Part shown: one piece after another, positions 36,953 through 46,130 of the stretch | Numbering within the stretch: the stretch's first letter is position 1 | How the letters are laid out: each line of letters begins with the position of its first letter | Origin: Saccostrea cucullata | Taxonomy: Eukaryota | Assembly: GCF_032062105.1 (NCBI RefSeq) | Contig: NW_026925150.1 | Coordinates: 64,655 to 128,654, forward strand | Length of the DNA stretch: 64,000 bases | Direction: 5' to 3' | Notes under the pieces: model-generated | What the model was told of the DNA's origin: nothing | Databases searched by the model: none | The model's input: the letters and a program-made list of their open reading frames with translations, nothing else | Position numbers and translations under genes: made by a program

Positions 36953-37021
36953 ATACTTTTACTTCAAAATATAATTGGATACCTAGGTTTATCTCACACA
37001 AGGAAGTCTCTGCTTATAAAG
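36953..37021 (+). CDS. TELO2: TELO2 exon 6 (69 nt)
   Basis: Acceptor catttcag|, donor AAAG|GTAAAG. 'ILLLQNIIGYLGLSHTRKSLLIK' matches human '[23 protein letters not shown]'. Confidence 0.65.
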
Positions 37022-37189
37022 GTAAAGTGTACACCCTATATATATCTTCCTTAGTGTGCATGTATTTCTTTCTTTTTTTTTTTACACTATCTTGTATGGC
37101 AAGCAAGTGCATGTAAACTCAGATAAGGAATTTTTTCTTTGGATTTTTATTTGCCTTTTTATGATTGTTAGATGTTGAAGGAACTTTAT

Positions 37190-37655
37190 TAATAAATTTG
37201 TTTTATCTGTCTTAGTTGTTGAGGGAATTTCTGTTTTGTCTTTGTTAGCCATTGACATGATTGAGGGAGCTTCTATATTTTTTTTTACCCTTGTTAGATG
37301 TTGATAAGGACCTGTGTTTATTTTTAGATGTTGAGGGATTTCTCTCTATTTGCTTATAATTAGATGTTGAGGGATTTCTCTCTATTTGGTTATAATAAGA
37401 TGTTGAGGGATTTCTCTCTATTTGGTTATTTTTAGATGTTGAGGGATTTCTCTCTATTTAGATATTTTTTTGATGTTGAGGGATTTCTATCTATTTGGTT
37501 ATTTTTAGATGTTGAGGGAGCTTCTCTCTATTTAGATATTTTTTTGATGTTGAGGGATTTCTCTCTATTTGGTTATTTTTAGATGTTGAGGGATTTCTCT
37601 CTATTTAGATATTTTTTTGGTGTTGAGGGATTTCTATCTATTTGGTTATTTTTAG
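37190..37655 (+). repeat. Minisatellite (~36-37-bp unit, about 8-9 copies) derived from the intron 6 / exon 7 junction. Each unit carries 'tttttag|ATGTTGAGGGA'.
   Basis: 'ttatttttagatgttgagggatttctctctatttgg' is repeated. The final unit continues into exon 7 ('tttttagATGTTGAGGGAGCTTCTCTCTGTTTGGGGTGAC'). Confidence 0.85.
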
Positions 37656-37797
37656 ATGTTGAGGGAGCTTCTCTCTGTTTGGGGTGACAGCAGTGCCCTG
37701 AAGCACACCTCTGTGGAGCAGCATCTGTACATCACAAAGGCTCTATTTATAGGACTGGGATTCCTCAAAGAATCAGACAAGGCAGAAATCAGAGAGG
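37656..37797 (+). CDS. TELO2: TELO2 exon 7. Its acceptor (tttttag|ATG...) is the last unit of an intronic minisatellite derived from this junction.
   Basis: 'MLRELLSVWGDSSALKHTSVEQHLYITKALFIGLG...' matches human '[34 protein letters not shown]'. Donor GAGG|GTAAGT. Confidence 0.7.
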
Positions 37798-38016
37798 GTA
37801 AGTACTGATAGGGGAATCATGGTTAATGTGTACATGCAAGGACAGCAAGCAAATATGTGTGTTTTTGAAGGAATTTAATCTGACACTGTGACAGTTTCTC
37901 CAGACATTATCCATTTTGATATGTAATTGTAAAAGTAAATTTTATTTTTAAAGTTTGGGGTATTCAGTCTTAGTTAATCCAAAGAACAGGAGGCAGGTAG
38001 GGCTGTTCATGAAACT

Positions 38017-38133
38017 TTTTATCTCACAATCTAATTAAAATCAGCTTTCTTAGATCCGCACCATATTCACTCTGATTGCATACGTAAGAAGCAGAGTGGA
38101 TACGGCGCGGATCTAAGAAGTCTGAGTTTAATT
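38017..38133. repeat. Nested hairpin/MITE (~115 bp) in TELO2 intron 7
   Basis: 'acaatctaattaaaatcagctttcttagatccgc' is the reverse complement of 'gcggatctaagaagtctgagtttaattagattgt'. The inner part reads 'cactctg...cagagtg'. Confidence 0.7.
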
Positions 38134-38269
38134 AGATTGTATTGACACACTACTCAAAACCTTACTGTTATAGGAAATTTTATAAATACCTGTATAATTG
38201 TTGAACATGTATGTTTTAGAGATTTGATAATCCTCTTGTAAGAAATGAAGTTCTTTTTTTTGGTGACAG

Positions 38270-38406
38270 ATTTTATCCAGCTACTGATGCCTGGTATACA
38301 ATGTCACATTGCAAGTTCTGATCACAGAGTTCGGAAAGTTGGCATGACTCTAGCCGAGACCATGTCAGCTGTTCTAGATCCCAAAGGTCAACAACTAAAG
38401 TTTGAG
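38270..38406 (+). CDS. TELO2: TELO2 exon 8
   Basis: Acceptor ggtgacag|, donor GAG|GTAAGA. 'CHIASSDHRVRKVGMTLAETMSAVLDPKGQQLKFE' matches human '[35 protein letters not shown]'. Confidence 0.85.
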
Positions 38407-38923
38407 GTAAGAAGTAAAAATAATCATAAAGGACAAATAATCATTTTTTTTAGGCCAACACCAGTGATTATTCAGTTTATAATAATCAGTTATGATTTAT
38501 TGATAAAGGAAATTGGTATAACATATCTAGTTTTTTCCTTAAACAGAAATGTTGCACTACCCCAACCAGAATAGATTAATACACTGTACATGTAATTTAT
38601 TTATCAATTGTCACATTGAAAACATCTTCCTCAAACTTTCACTTTCACAAGTCAACTTAGAAAATATTTTATATCAATGTTTAAACATGTATAGTAAAAC
38701 TCTGTGCACAAGAAAATTTGAATTGAAAATTTTTTTATTGTTTAAAAGTACATGTGTATTACAATTTTGTATACTTATTCAATATGTAAGTAATTGAAAT
38801 AAACTGATCAAAATTATGCCATTGGCTGCTGTGCATATGTAAATGCATATATAACTATGTAAACAAATATCTGAATAGTTTCAAATTGGTTTATGATTGT
38901 ACATTGTATGCTGTTTATTTCAG

Positions 38924-39003
38924 TTTCCCAGAGATGAGGAAGTAGAATACTTGGTTTCCTTGACAACACCACCACAAGATCCTGGGCTACAGGGTGTTAC
39001 AAA
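38924..39003 (+). CDS. TELO2: TELO2 exon 9
   Basis: Acceptor tttatttcag|, donor AA|GTTAGT (weak). 'FPRDEEVEYLVSLTTPPQDPG' matches human '[22 protein letters not shown]'. Confidence 0.6.
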
Positions 39004-39302
39004 GTTAGTGTCTCTCAATTGACAGAAAAATTATCATGCTGTAAATAATTCAAAAACAATTTCAATTTGGATATAAGAAAGTTAAGAGAATATATCAATG
39101 TTGTTTAGTTGGACATAGGACTGCAAGGTTTGATTTGGTTATGTACTGTTTTTAACAAGTTTAAGTATAATTTTTTATACTCTCTGAAAATTTATTCTGA
39201 AAGCTAGGTGTAATTTTCACATTGTGAAAAAGAGCAGGTTAATTTTTACAGAGTTAAATTATTAGTTACATGACTTTAGTTTTTTTCTTCATATCATTAC
39301 AG

Positions 39303-39413
39303 TGGGATGAGTGATGTACATATTACTCCAGCAACGAGTCAAGAAGACGTTCTATCAGAGAGTAGAAATGAAGAAAGGGAGACTAATCTACAGATTGACC
39401 CAGATTTAGATAG
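39303..39413 (+). CDS. TELO2: TELO2 exon 10
   Basis: Acceptor atcattacag|, donor AG|GTTTGT. It ends in '...QIDPDLD', matching human 'GSDSDLD'. Confidence 0.7.
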
Positions 39414-39693
39414 GTTTGTCCTTATTTTTATACCAAGATATTGATTTAAAGATTTTATTTTTATGACAATATTTTTATCATTGATATTATGTTATTAAAC
39501 ATGTACATGTAATATCTATATGCTCTTTCAATCTATGTATAAAATTCGATTATAATTTTGCATGTTTTTCTTTTTAAAAAACACTGTAACAGTTGCTCTG
39601 TATCCTTATTTGATGGAGCTAATATGGACTAAAACAATGGTTTGCATTTTATTATGTATAGTATTATATTCTGTTTATTAAGATGAATATTGA

Positions 39694-39791
39694 TATTTTT
39701 CAGTGATGATGATCTAGTGCCATACGATATGTCTAACGACAAAAAGTTGACAAAGACCAAACAGCCTAAATACATCAGAGACTGCATGGAA
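39694..39791 (+). CDS. TELO2: TELO2 exon 11, containing the conserved acidic 'SDDDLVPYDMS' motif
   Basis: 'SDDDLVPYDMSNDKKLTKTKQPKYIRDCME' matches human '[30 protein letters not shown]'. Acceptor tttttcag|, donor G|GTATTT. Confidence 0.9.
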
Positions 39792-39918
39792 GGTATTTTA
39801 GAAACTCCCCACCCCCTCCATTTTCCACTCATAATGTAATTTTAAACATTATTTGCAGAGTATGCTCTTTGAAATTTGAATTTTATAAGTTCTTTGAATT
39901 TCATTTTTTTATTTGTAG

Positions 39919-40010
39919 GATTAATCAGTGTTGATGATCCAGAAAGATTAGAAGTGTGTCTAGGTGTCACAGAAGCTTTGATCCGGAGGAATCCAGATGG
40001 GCTCTTGGAA
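39919..40010 (+). CDS. TELO2: TELO2 exon 12
   Basis: Acceptor atttgtag|, donor GAA|GTAAGC. 'GLISVDDPERLEVCLGVTEALIRRNPDGLLE' matches human '[31 protein letters not shown]'. Confidence 0.75.
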
Positions 40011-41185
40011 GTAAGCCATTTGTTATTAAAGTCTTTATTCTAAATTAGTCAAGATATTTCATCCATTTTTAAAATTTCACATTTATTATTTACTTTTCAA
40101 ATGTTTTAAGAGAAAAAATATTAGTTTGGTAAAAAAGAAAATATCTTTCTTTTTAAAAATACATTGAAGCATCAAGTTTAACACTTTATATCCTATGTAG
40201 ATTGGTATTCCAACCTATTTAGAACAGTACTCTTTGGCCTTCATAGACTGGTTCTTTTTGACCTACTTAGACTGATACTCTTTGACCTACTTAGACTGGT
40301 ACTCTTTGACCTACTTAGACTGGTACTCTTTGACTGGTACAATATACTCTTTGACCTACTTAGACTGGTACTCTTTGACCTACGTAGACTGGTGCAATTT
40401 GATAAGTTTTTTTGACATGGTGCACTTTGCTATCACCTGGCAAGAACTTTTTTTCTTAACACGTTATTAAAAATAGTGCTTATGTACATTGACAAGTTGG
40501 CGATATCCATTGTTAATTTTAAACTGCTAATAACAAAAATCTCACACATACACGTTGTTTTAACTTTAAATCAACAGAGGTTACGAAAAATGAGAAAATA
40601 AACAATTAAAACAGAGAGAAAACAACAACAAACGTGCACTACATTTGCATAAAAACAGCTCGTACTATGAATTACTCGGTTTTGTAGGTTCAAATCATAC
40701 CACGGTGGCCCGTAAAATTTACGTGAACATTTCATGTATATAACATTTGTTATATATTGTGCCATTTATATTGGGAAAAAGTTAAAAACAAGGTAATTAT
40801 TTATAAAAGTGCACTGTGAAGAAAACTGATATCAAATTATATAATATTATTCAATAATCATTTGTAAGTTGAATTTGTAACAAAGTGATCTTGCTATAGT
40901 CAAAGAATAAAAATTTGAATACAATTTAAATCAATTATGATTCAATTTAAATATCAATGAATTAAAACCGATATATCTTTAAAAAAAATGTTTTTCCTCT
41001 CCTGATCGATTGGCTAAATTTCAGAGCCATGGCTCAAATTTTTTAACCTCAAAGAAACGTTAAATATTTTTTAAATTCTTATTACTGGATTATTTCATTC
41101 CCTTAACATAGATGTTGAATTTCTCCTAAAAAAAAGTTTTATAATCTCAATGCTTGTGTATTTATTTTGTATTTAAATGTTTCAG

Positions 41186-41235
41186 GTATCCACCACAGAT
41201 TTGACTCACACACTGGTGGTTTTGCACCAGAGCAG
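41186..41235 (+). CDS. TELO2: TELO2 exon 13 candidate (50 nt). The sequence matches, but its exit phase (2) is incompatible with every acceptor of the next recognised exon.
   Basis: Acceptor atgtttcag|, donor CAG|GTAATT. 'VSTTDLTHTLVVLHQS' matches human 'VSVELAKVLLHLEEKT'. Confidence 0.45.
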
Positions 41236-41728
41236 GTAATTATTTCTGTGGAGAAAACTATTATTGACAAGCAGTGTATTTTGCATAGTTTGTAAAAGAA
41301 AATCTTTGTGGTTAAAGTTGAACAAAACGATGCTACTATCATGAAAATCGAATAGTTTTATTCTTAAGTGAAATTATGAGTAGAAAGGTTGAGGGATGTA
41401 AACAGTCCATCTAACATTCTATTTCCCTTTTAAGCAGTTAAGCATTTTAGCATTCACAACCTGTTCACAATGTGCCATGTCCCTGTATACAGTCATATAG
41501 TATATTTTTTATTCAAGTGTATTTGACCACAGTTTTTTTCTGAGACTGACTTATCATGTGCATGTGTAATCATTAAATTATGTAATTTCTGTATTTTGTA
41601 ATTTTCTTTTTATCATCAGCAATTCTACAGTTTTATAGAATTGTACATGATAATAATATTAATTTATAATATGCAGATGTATTACATTTTAATCTTTGGC
41701 AAACCTAATTAATATCTATCATTAATAG

Positions 41729-41985
41729 GTCTTAGGAGCAGCAGCCCAGGAGCTTTCTCAACCCTCAGAATCTCAGCCAATAGAAAAAGAGAAACCGTCC
41801 AATAAAATTACGGCACTGGATTCAGAGGATTCTGCTGAGGGCTGGAGAGAAATCGTCAAACAGAGGATAGAGAGTAAGACTAGGAGATTTGGGAGAGGAT
41901 CCAGAAAAGAGGTGGTGACTACTAAAAATAAGTTTTCTCCTGTGGCAGGCTGCTTCTTTTACCCGCTCATGGCCAACTATGACAG
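41729..41985 (+). CDS. TELO2: TELO2 exon 14
   Basis: 'VLGAAAQELSQPS...EGWREIVKQRIESKTRRFG...KFSPVAGCFFYPLMANYD' matches human 'VLTLAAQELSRPG...SDWRVVVEERIRSKTQRLS...RFNSVAGHFFFPLLQRFD'. Donor ACAG|GTAGAG. Confidence 0.8.
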
Positions 41986-42782
41986 GTAGAGATTTTGTTG
42001 TTGTTATCAGTTTTTTGCATCTTGTGTATTTATTCATTGAGAAGTATATGTGATTTATCAACAAAAACAAATGTTGGAATTTATTGTATAGAAGTTGTTG
42101 TCTAAAGTTATGTATTTATAATTTAATTTTATTTGTATTCTCGCCTCTCATTGGTTGATTTCCAAAAAGGAACGCATAACATTTTGTATAATCTTCATTA
42201 AAGTGACACAAATTAAACTACACAGTTGTAATCATCATATCCATGCAATCCCATTATTTTTTAATGAAATCTGGAAAATTCAGATTTAATAGCTCTATCT
42301 TTAAAAACACTTCTCTCTACCTCATTAAACACACATCATGGCTGCTAAATTTTGTATGTAACCTCAAAAAGCTTCAAATCACTTCCGTTACTACGGTAGG
42401 TGCGGTAAATTTATACTTGTAAAAAGCAACACAATTTTACACCGAAAGTTGCTTAATTACTAGTATAATTTTAAAATTAAATTATAAGGAATGACTTTGA
42501 TTTGATGGCCATATTATCTTGTATAATCTGGTTGTGTATACACTAGGAGTCAGTTTACGCTTTATAATCCGCAAAGCGTTATTTTTTTAATGAAATCCTT
42601 CAATTCAGGTGTAAGGACCTTGTTCAAATTTTAGGCATGATTATTTCATTTGGTAAAGTCATATGTACAAATTTTGTATGAACTTCAAAAAGTGACAAAA
42701 AATTCAGCACCTGTAGGTGCAAAATTTATACTTGTTCATAGATCATTTGATGTATCTCTTTTATTTGTTGCTTGAATTTATA

Positions 42783-42882
42783 GGAAAGAGAATACCTTTG
42801 ATTTGATGGGAGAGGACAGCCTTGTATTAGGCAGGCTTGTGTATACACTAGGAGTCATTATCTATGCTGCCATTAACACCCC
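42783..42882 (+). CDS. TELO2: TELO2 exon 15
   Basis: '[33 protein letters not shown]' matches human '[33 protein letters not shown]'. Acceptor gaatttatag|, donor CA|GTGAGT. Confidence 0.85.
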
Positions 42883-43058
42883 AGTGAGTCAGCAATATTA
42901 CATTATTCAATTTGATGTTCAGCTTTTCAAATTTTAGGCATGTTTTTACATTTGGTAAAGTCATATGTACCAGGCATTTTTTAAATACAGATCTTTTTTG
43001 TTTTTAAATTCAGAAAACATAATAGAATATTTATTTTGTTTATTGTTTACTTTTGCAG

Positions 43059-43123
43059 GCAGTTAAACAAATGGCTGACAGATTGCTGGAGTTTTTGTGG
43101 GTCATTAGATTCCATAGTGATGT
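43059..43123 (+). CDS. TELO2: TELO2 exon 16
   Basis: 'AVKQMADRLLEFLWVIRFHSD' matches human 'VAMGKALLEFVWALRFHID'. Acceptor ttttgcag|, donor GT|GTGAGT. Confidence 0.85.
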
Positions 43124-43204
43124 GTGAGTATAGTGTTTACTTTTATAGGCTGTGGAAAGGAAATACTTGTATTTATTTATTATAAATGTAACAGTCATTA
43201 GTTG

Positions 43205-43290
43205 GTGAAATACCAAGTCTCAAAAAGGACTCAAACCCAGGGCCTCTGGCATACCTTGCCAGCTCTTTAACCAACTGAGCTTTCTAAGAG
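43205..43290 (-). mobile_element. tRNA-derived SINE-like copy (minus strand) in TELO2 intron 16
   Basis: The reverse complement 'agctcagttggttaaagagctggcaaggtatgccagaggccctgggtttgagtc' matches the 44540 copy. It has a box A 'TAGCTCAGTTGG' and a box B 'GGTTTGAGTCC'. Confidence 0.6.
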
Positions 43291-43351
43291 ATTTATCATG
43301 GAAGATACAGATTTACTGATACTAAAGGCATCAATTCTTTTGATATTTCAG

Positions 43352-43467
43352 GAGTGTTCGCCATGCTGTTTTGTTTGCTGTTTCCATGGTGATTCTATCT
43401 GTACCAGGACATATTTTACTGACAGACCTACAAAGTGAAATAATGGAGACCAAACACTGGCTGGAGG
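43352..43467 (+). CDS. TELO2: TELO2 exon 17
   Basis: 'SVRHAVLFAVSMVILSVPGHILLTDLQSEIMETKHWLE' matches human '[37 protein letters not shown]'. Acceptor atatttcag|, donor G|GTAAAT. Confidence 0.85.
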
Positions 43468-43852
43468 GTAAATTAACGGACTCTGAAAAATTAAAGAGAA
43501 TGTTTTTGTTTTTTAAAATTTAAAAAATCATCTTGAATTAGAATTTTAATGATATTCATGTTTGTAAATGTCCAGAAACCTGCATGAAGATTTTCTTTTC
43601 CAATGCTTTTTTTAAAAATATCATTTTTGCATGGAATGAACAGAGTTTAGGTAGATTTAACATTTTAAGATAAGGAAGTTAGGGCTACATGGACATCAGG
43701 CAAGGGGGCTACATGGACATCAGCCAAGATAGCTCTGTGGTAAAGCACAGGGGCCTTGGGATTTTTTTTCCCAGATCAGCAACATATTATTTTTATTCGA
43801 TCCTTCATTCCTAGCACAAAGGGATTATCATACTAAAAAGATTTTCTTGCAG

Positions 43853-43935
43853 ATGTTGTGGAGAAAGATGTCAATGCTGAATCTAAGAAGATGGCCATAC
43901 AGAGCCTTGTTCTCTTGGAAAATGTCATCAAACAG
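43853..43935 (+). CDS. TELO2: TELO2 exon 18 (penultimate). The terminal exon is not confidently located. One candidate is 44714..44743, which would add 'EFTKGADLT*'.
   Basis: 'DVVEKDVNAESKKMAIQSLVLLENVIKQ' matches human '[27 protein letters not shown]'. Acceptor tttcttgcag|, donor CAG|GTCGAG. Confidence 0.7.
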
Positions 43936-44146
43936 GTCGAGATCAGTTTCTTATTAAATAAAACAGTAAAATTAAGAAAAAAATGTTTTTTTGAAAACGT
44001 GAGGATCGAGGTCTTAAAAATTTTATCATTATTGTTCTTTTTCATCCTATCTGAAAGTGAAAGGAAGTTGTTAAACAAATGTCTTTGTCATTGAGTTCAC
44101 AGTTGCATGAAAGTTAATCAATATAGATTACTTAAGAAATAAGATG

Positions 44147-44290
44147 ACATTTTTAGAGTTTTATTGGGATGTGACATGAAGTCGGTCACGTGATCAAATT
44201 CTATAATGCCCGAAAGGCATTATTATAGTAGATTTGATCACGTACCGCCTTCATGTCACATCCCAATGAAACTCTAAAAATGATATCTTA
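44147..44290. repeat. Hairpin/MITE (~145 bp, ~65-bp arms)
   Basis: 'gagttttattgggatgtgacatgaagtcggtcacgtgatcaaattctataatgcc' is the reverse complement of 'ggcattattatagtagatttgatcacgtaccgccttcatgtcacatcccaatgaaactc'. Confidence 0.8.
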
Positions 44291-44519
44291 TTTCTTATAC
44301 TTATATTTTACTTTTTTTCGTGGTACAAGGAAAATAGGCGTTATTTGGCCATTGTTATAGAAATGCAACATAACGTAACTACAGCATCATATGACGTCAC
44401 AGTCAAGACTTTTTAATAGTCTCGTGCGGTTTGCCCAACTGGATGTCATTAAAAATTGAATGTCAATTTAATTTATATTGTCATATAAGGAAGGAATTTA
44501 ACAAAGGTAAATATATGTA

Positions 44520-44641
44520 CATGTATCGGGCCTCAATAGCTCAGTGGTTAGAGTGCTGGCATGGTACACCAGAGGCCCTGGGTTCAAGTCCCGGTTGAGA
44601 CTTGACTTTTCACCACCTGTGACATCTTGAAATTTTTTTTT
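44520..44641 (+). mobile_element. tRNA-derived SINE-like / tRNA pseudogene with a downstream T11 pol III terminator-like run
   Basis: 'gggcctcaatagctcagtggttagagtgctggcatggtacaccagaggccctgggttcaagtcccggttgagac'. This is a cloverleaf with acceptor and anticodon-stem mismatches. The A box is TAGCTCAGTGG and the B box is GGTTCAAGTCC. A ttttttttttt run lies at 44631. Confidence 0.55.
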
Positions 44642-45089
44642 TACATATGATTGCCTTTCCTTATTTGTGTCATGCATTGTATATTTATTCTTATAAGAAT
44701 GATTTTTTTGTAGGAATTTACCAAAGGGGCTGACCTGACTTGAAGGAAATGAAATCATTGAGATATTTGCAACTATGCAACTAACACTTGACAGTTATTT
44801 AATAGCTTCCAAGTGCAGCACTGGGCCAAAGAGCAAGAGGATTTCGAAGAATCAGTAATATAGTCACATGAAATAACAAACCTTGACACAAAGTACTTCT
44901 CTCAACACTCAATTTAACAAAAGTTTGTAAAACTGATGAAGTATGGATTGGCTCTAAATGGAACTGATCTTTGTATTACAGAAAAAAAATTTAGTAGAAA
45001 TAAAGTTTATTATTTCTTAGTCAATTGTTACAAGTTTGTAAAACTTATGCGATAGTAAAGTCCGTGGGTTTGGTCTGTAAACTATTTTT

Positions 45090-46130
45090 CAAAATGCTAC
45101 TCCTCCTACAATTTTAGTCTGATTTCAATATTACTTGGCACACAAGTAGACTACACTAAGATACATAGAATAGTGCATCGGTTTTTAATTTCGATGAACG
45201 GTGTTGCCATGGTTACTAAAAATAGAATTTTCTATGAAATTCCTTAAAAACGCTACTCCTTCTACAGTTTTGGTCTGATTTCAATATTACTTGGCACACA
45301 AGTAGACTACACTAAGATACATAGAATAGTGCATTGGTTTTTAATTTCGATGAACAGTGTTGCCATGGTTACTAAAAATAGAATTTTCTGTGAAATTCCT
45401 TTAAATCGCTACTCCTTCCACAGTGTTGATCTGATTTCAATATAACTTGGTACACAAGTAGACTACACTAAGATACATAGAATAGTGCATCGGTTTTTGA
45501 TTTCAGTAAACGGTGTTGCCATGGTTACTAAAAGTAGAATTTTCTGTGAAATTCCTTAAAAACGCTACTCCTTCTACAGTTTTGGTCTGATTTCAATATT
45601 ACTTGGCACACAAGTAGACTACACTAAGATACATAGAACAGTGCATCGGTTTTTAATTTCGATGAACAGTGTTGCCATGGTTACTAAAAATAGAATTTTC
45701 TGTGAAATTCCTCTAAAACGCTACTCCTTCTACAGTGTTGATCTGATTTCAATATAACTTGGTACACAAGTAGACTACACTAAGATACATAGAATAGTGC
45801 ATCGTTTTTTGATTTTAGTAAACGGTGTTGCCATGGTTACTAAAAATAGAATACTCTGTGAAATTCATTTAAAACGCTACTCCTTCTACAGTTTTGGTCT
45901 GATTTCATTATAACTTGGCACACAAGTAGACTACACTAAGATACATAGAATAGTGCATCAGTATTTGATTTCGATGAATGGTGTTGCCATGGTTACTAAA
46001 AATAGAATTTTCTGTGAAATTCCTTTAAAACGCTACTCCTTCTACAGTATCAGTTTGATTTCAAAATAAGTTGGCACACAAGTAGACTACACAAAGAAAC
46101 ATAAAATAGTGCAATGGTTTTTGATAAATA
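45090..46130. repeat. Satellite / tandem array, ~155-bp unit, about 6.5 copies, in the TELO2-MVP intergenic region
   Basis: The unit 'gctactccttctacagttttggtctgatttcaatattacttggcacacaagtagactacactaagatacatagaatagtgcatcggtttttaatttcgatgaacggtgttgccatggttactaaaaatagaattttctgtgaaattcc' is repeated. Confidence 0.9.

Noticed and set aside
38245-38797. ORFs 38245..38574(+) and 38549..38797(+) extending beyond TELO2 exon 8
   Set aside because: Only 38270..38406 is exonic (clear acceptor and GTAAGA donor; homology stops at the donor). The remainder is intronic read-through.
40282-40470. ORF 40282..40470(+) 'MTYLDWYSLTYLDWYSL...'
   Set aside because: It is a translation of a short tandem repeat (unit 'cctacttagactggtactctttga') in TELO2 intron 12.
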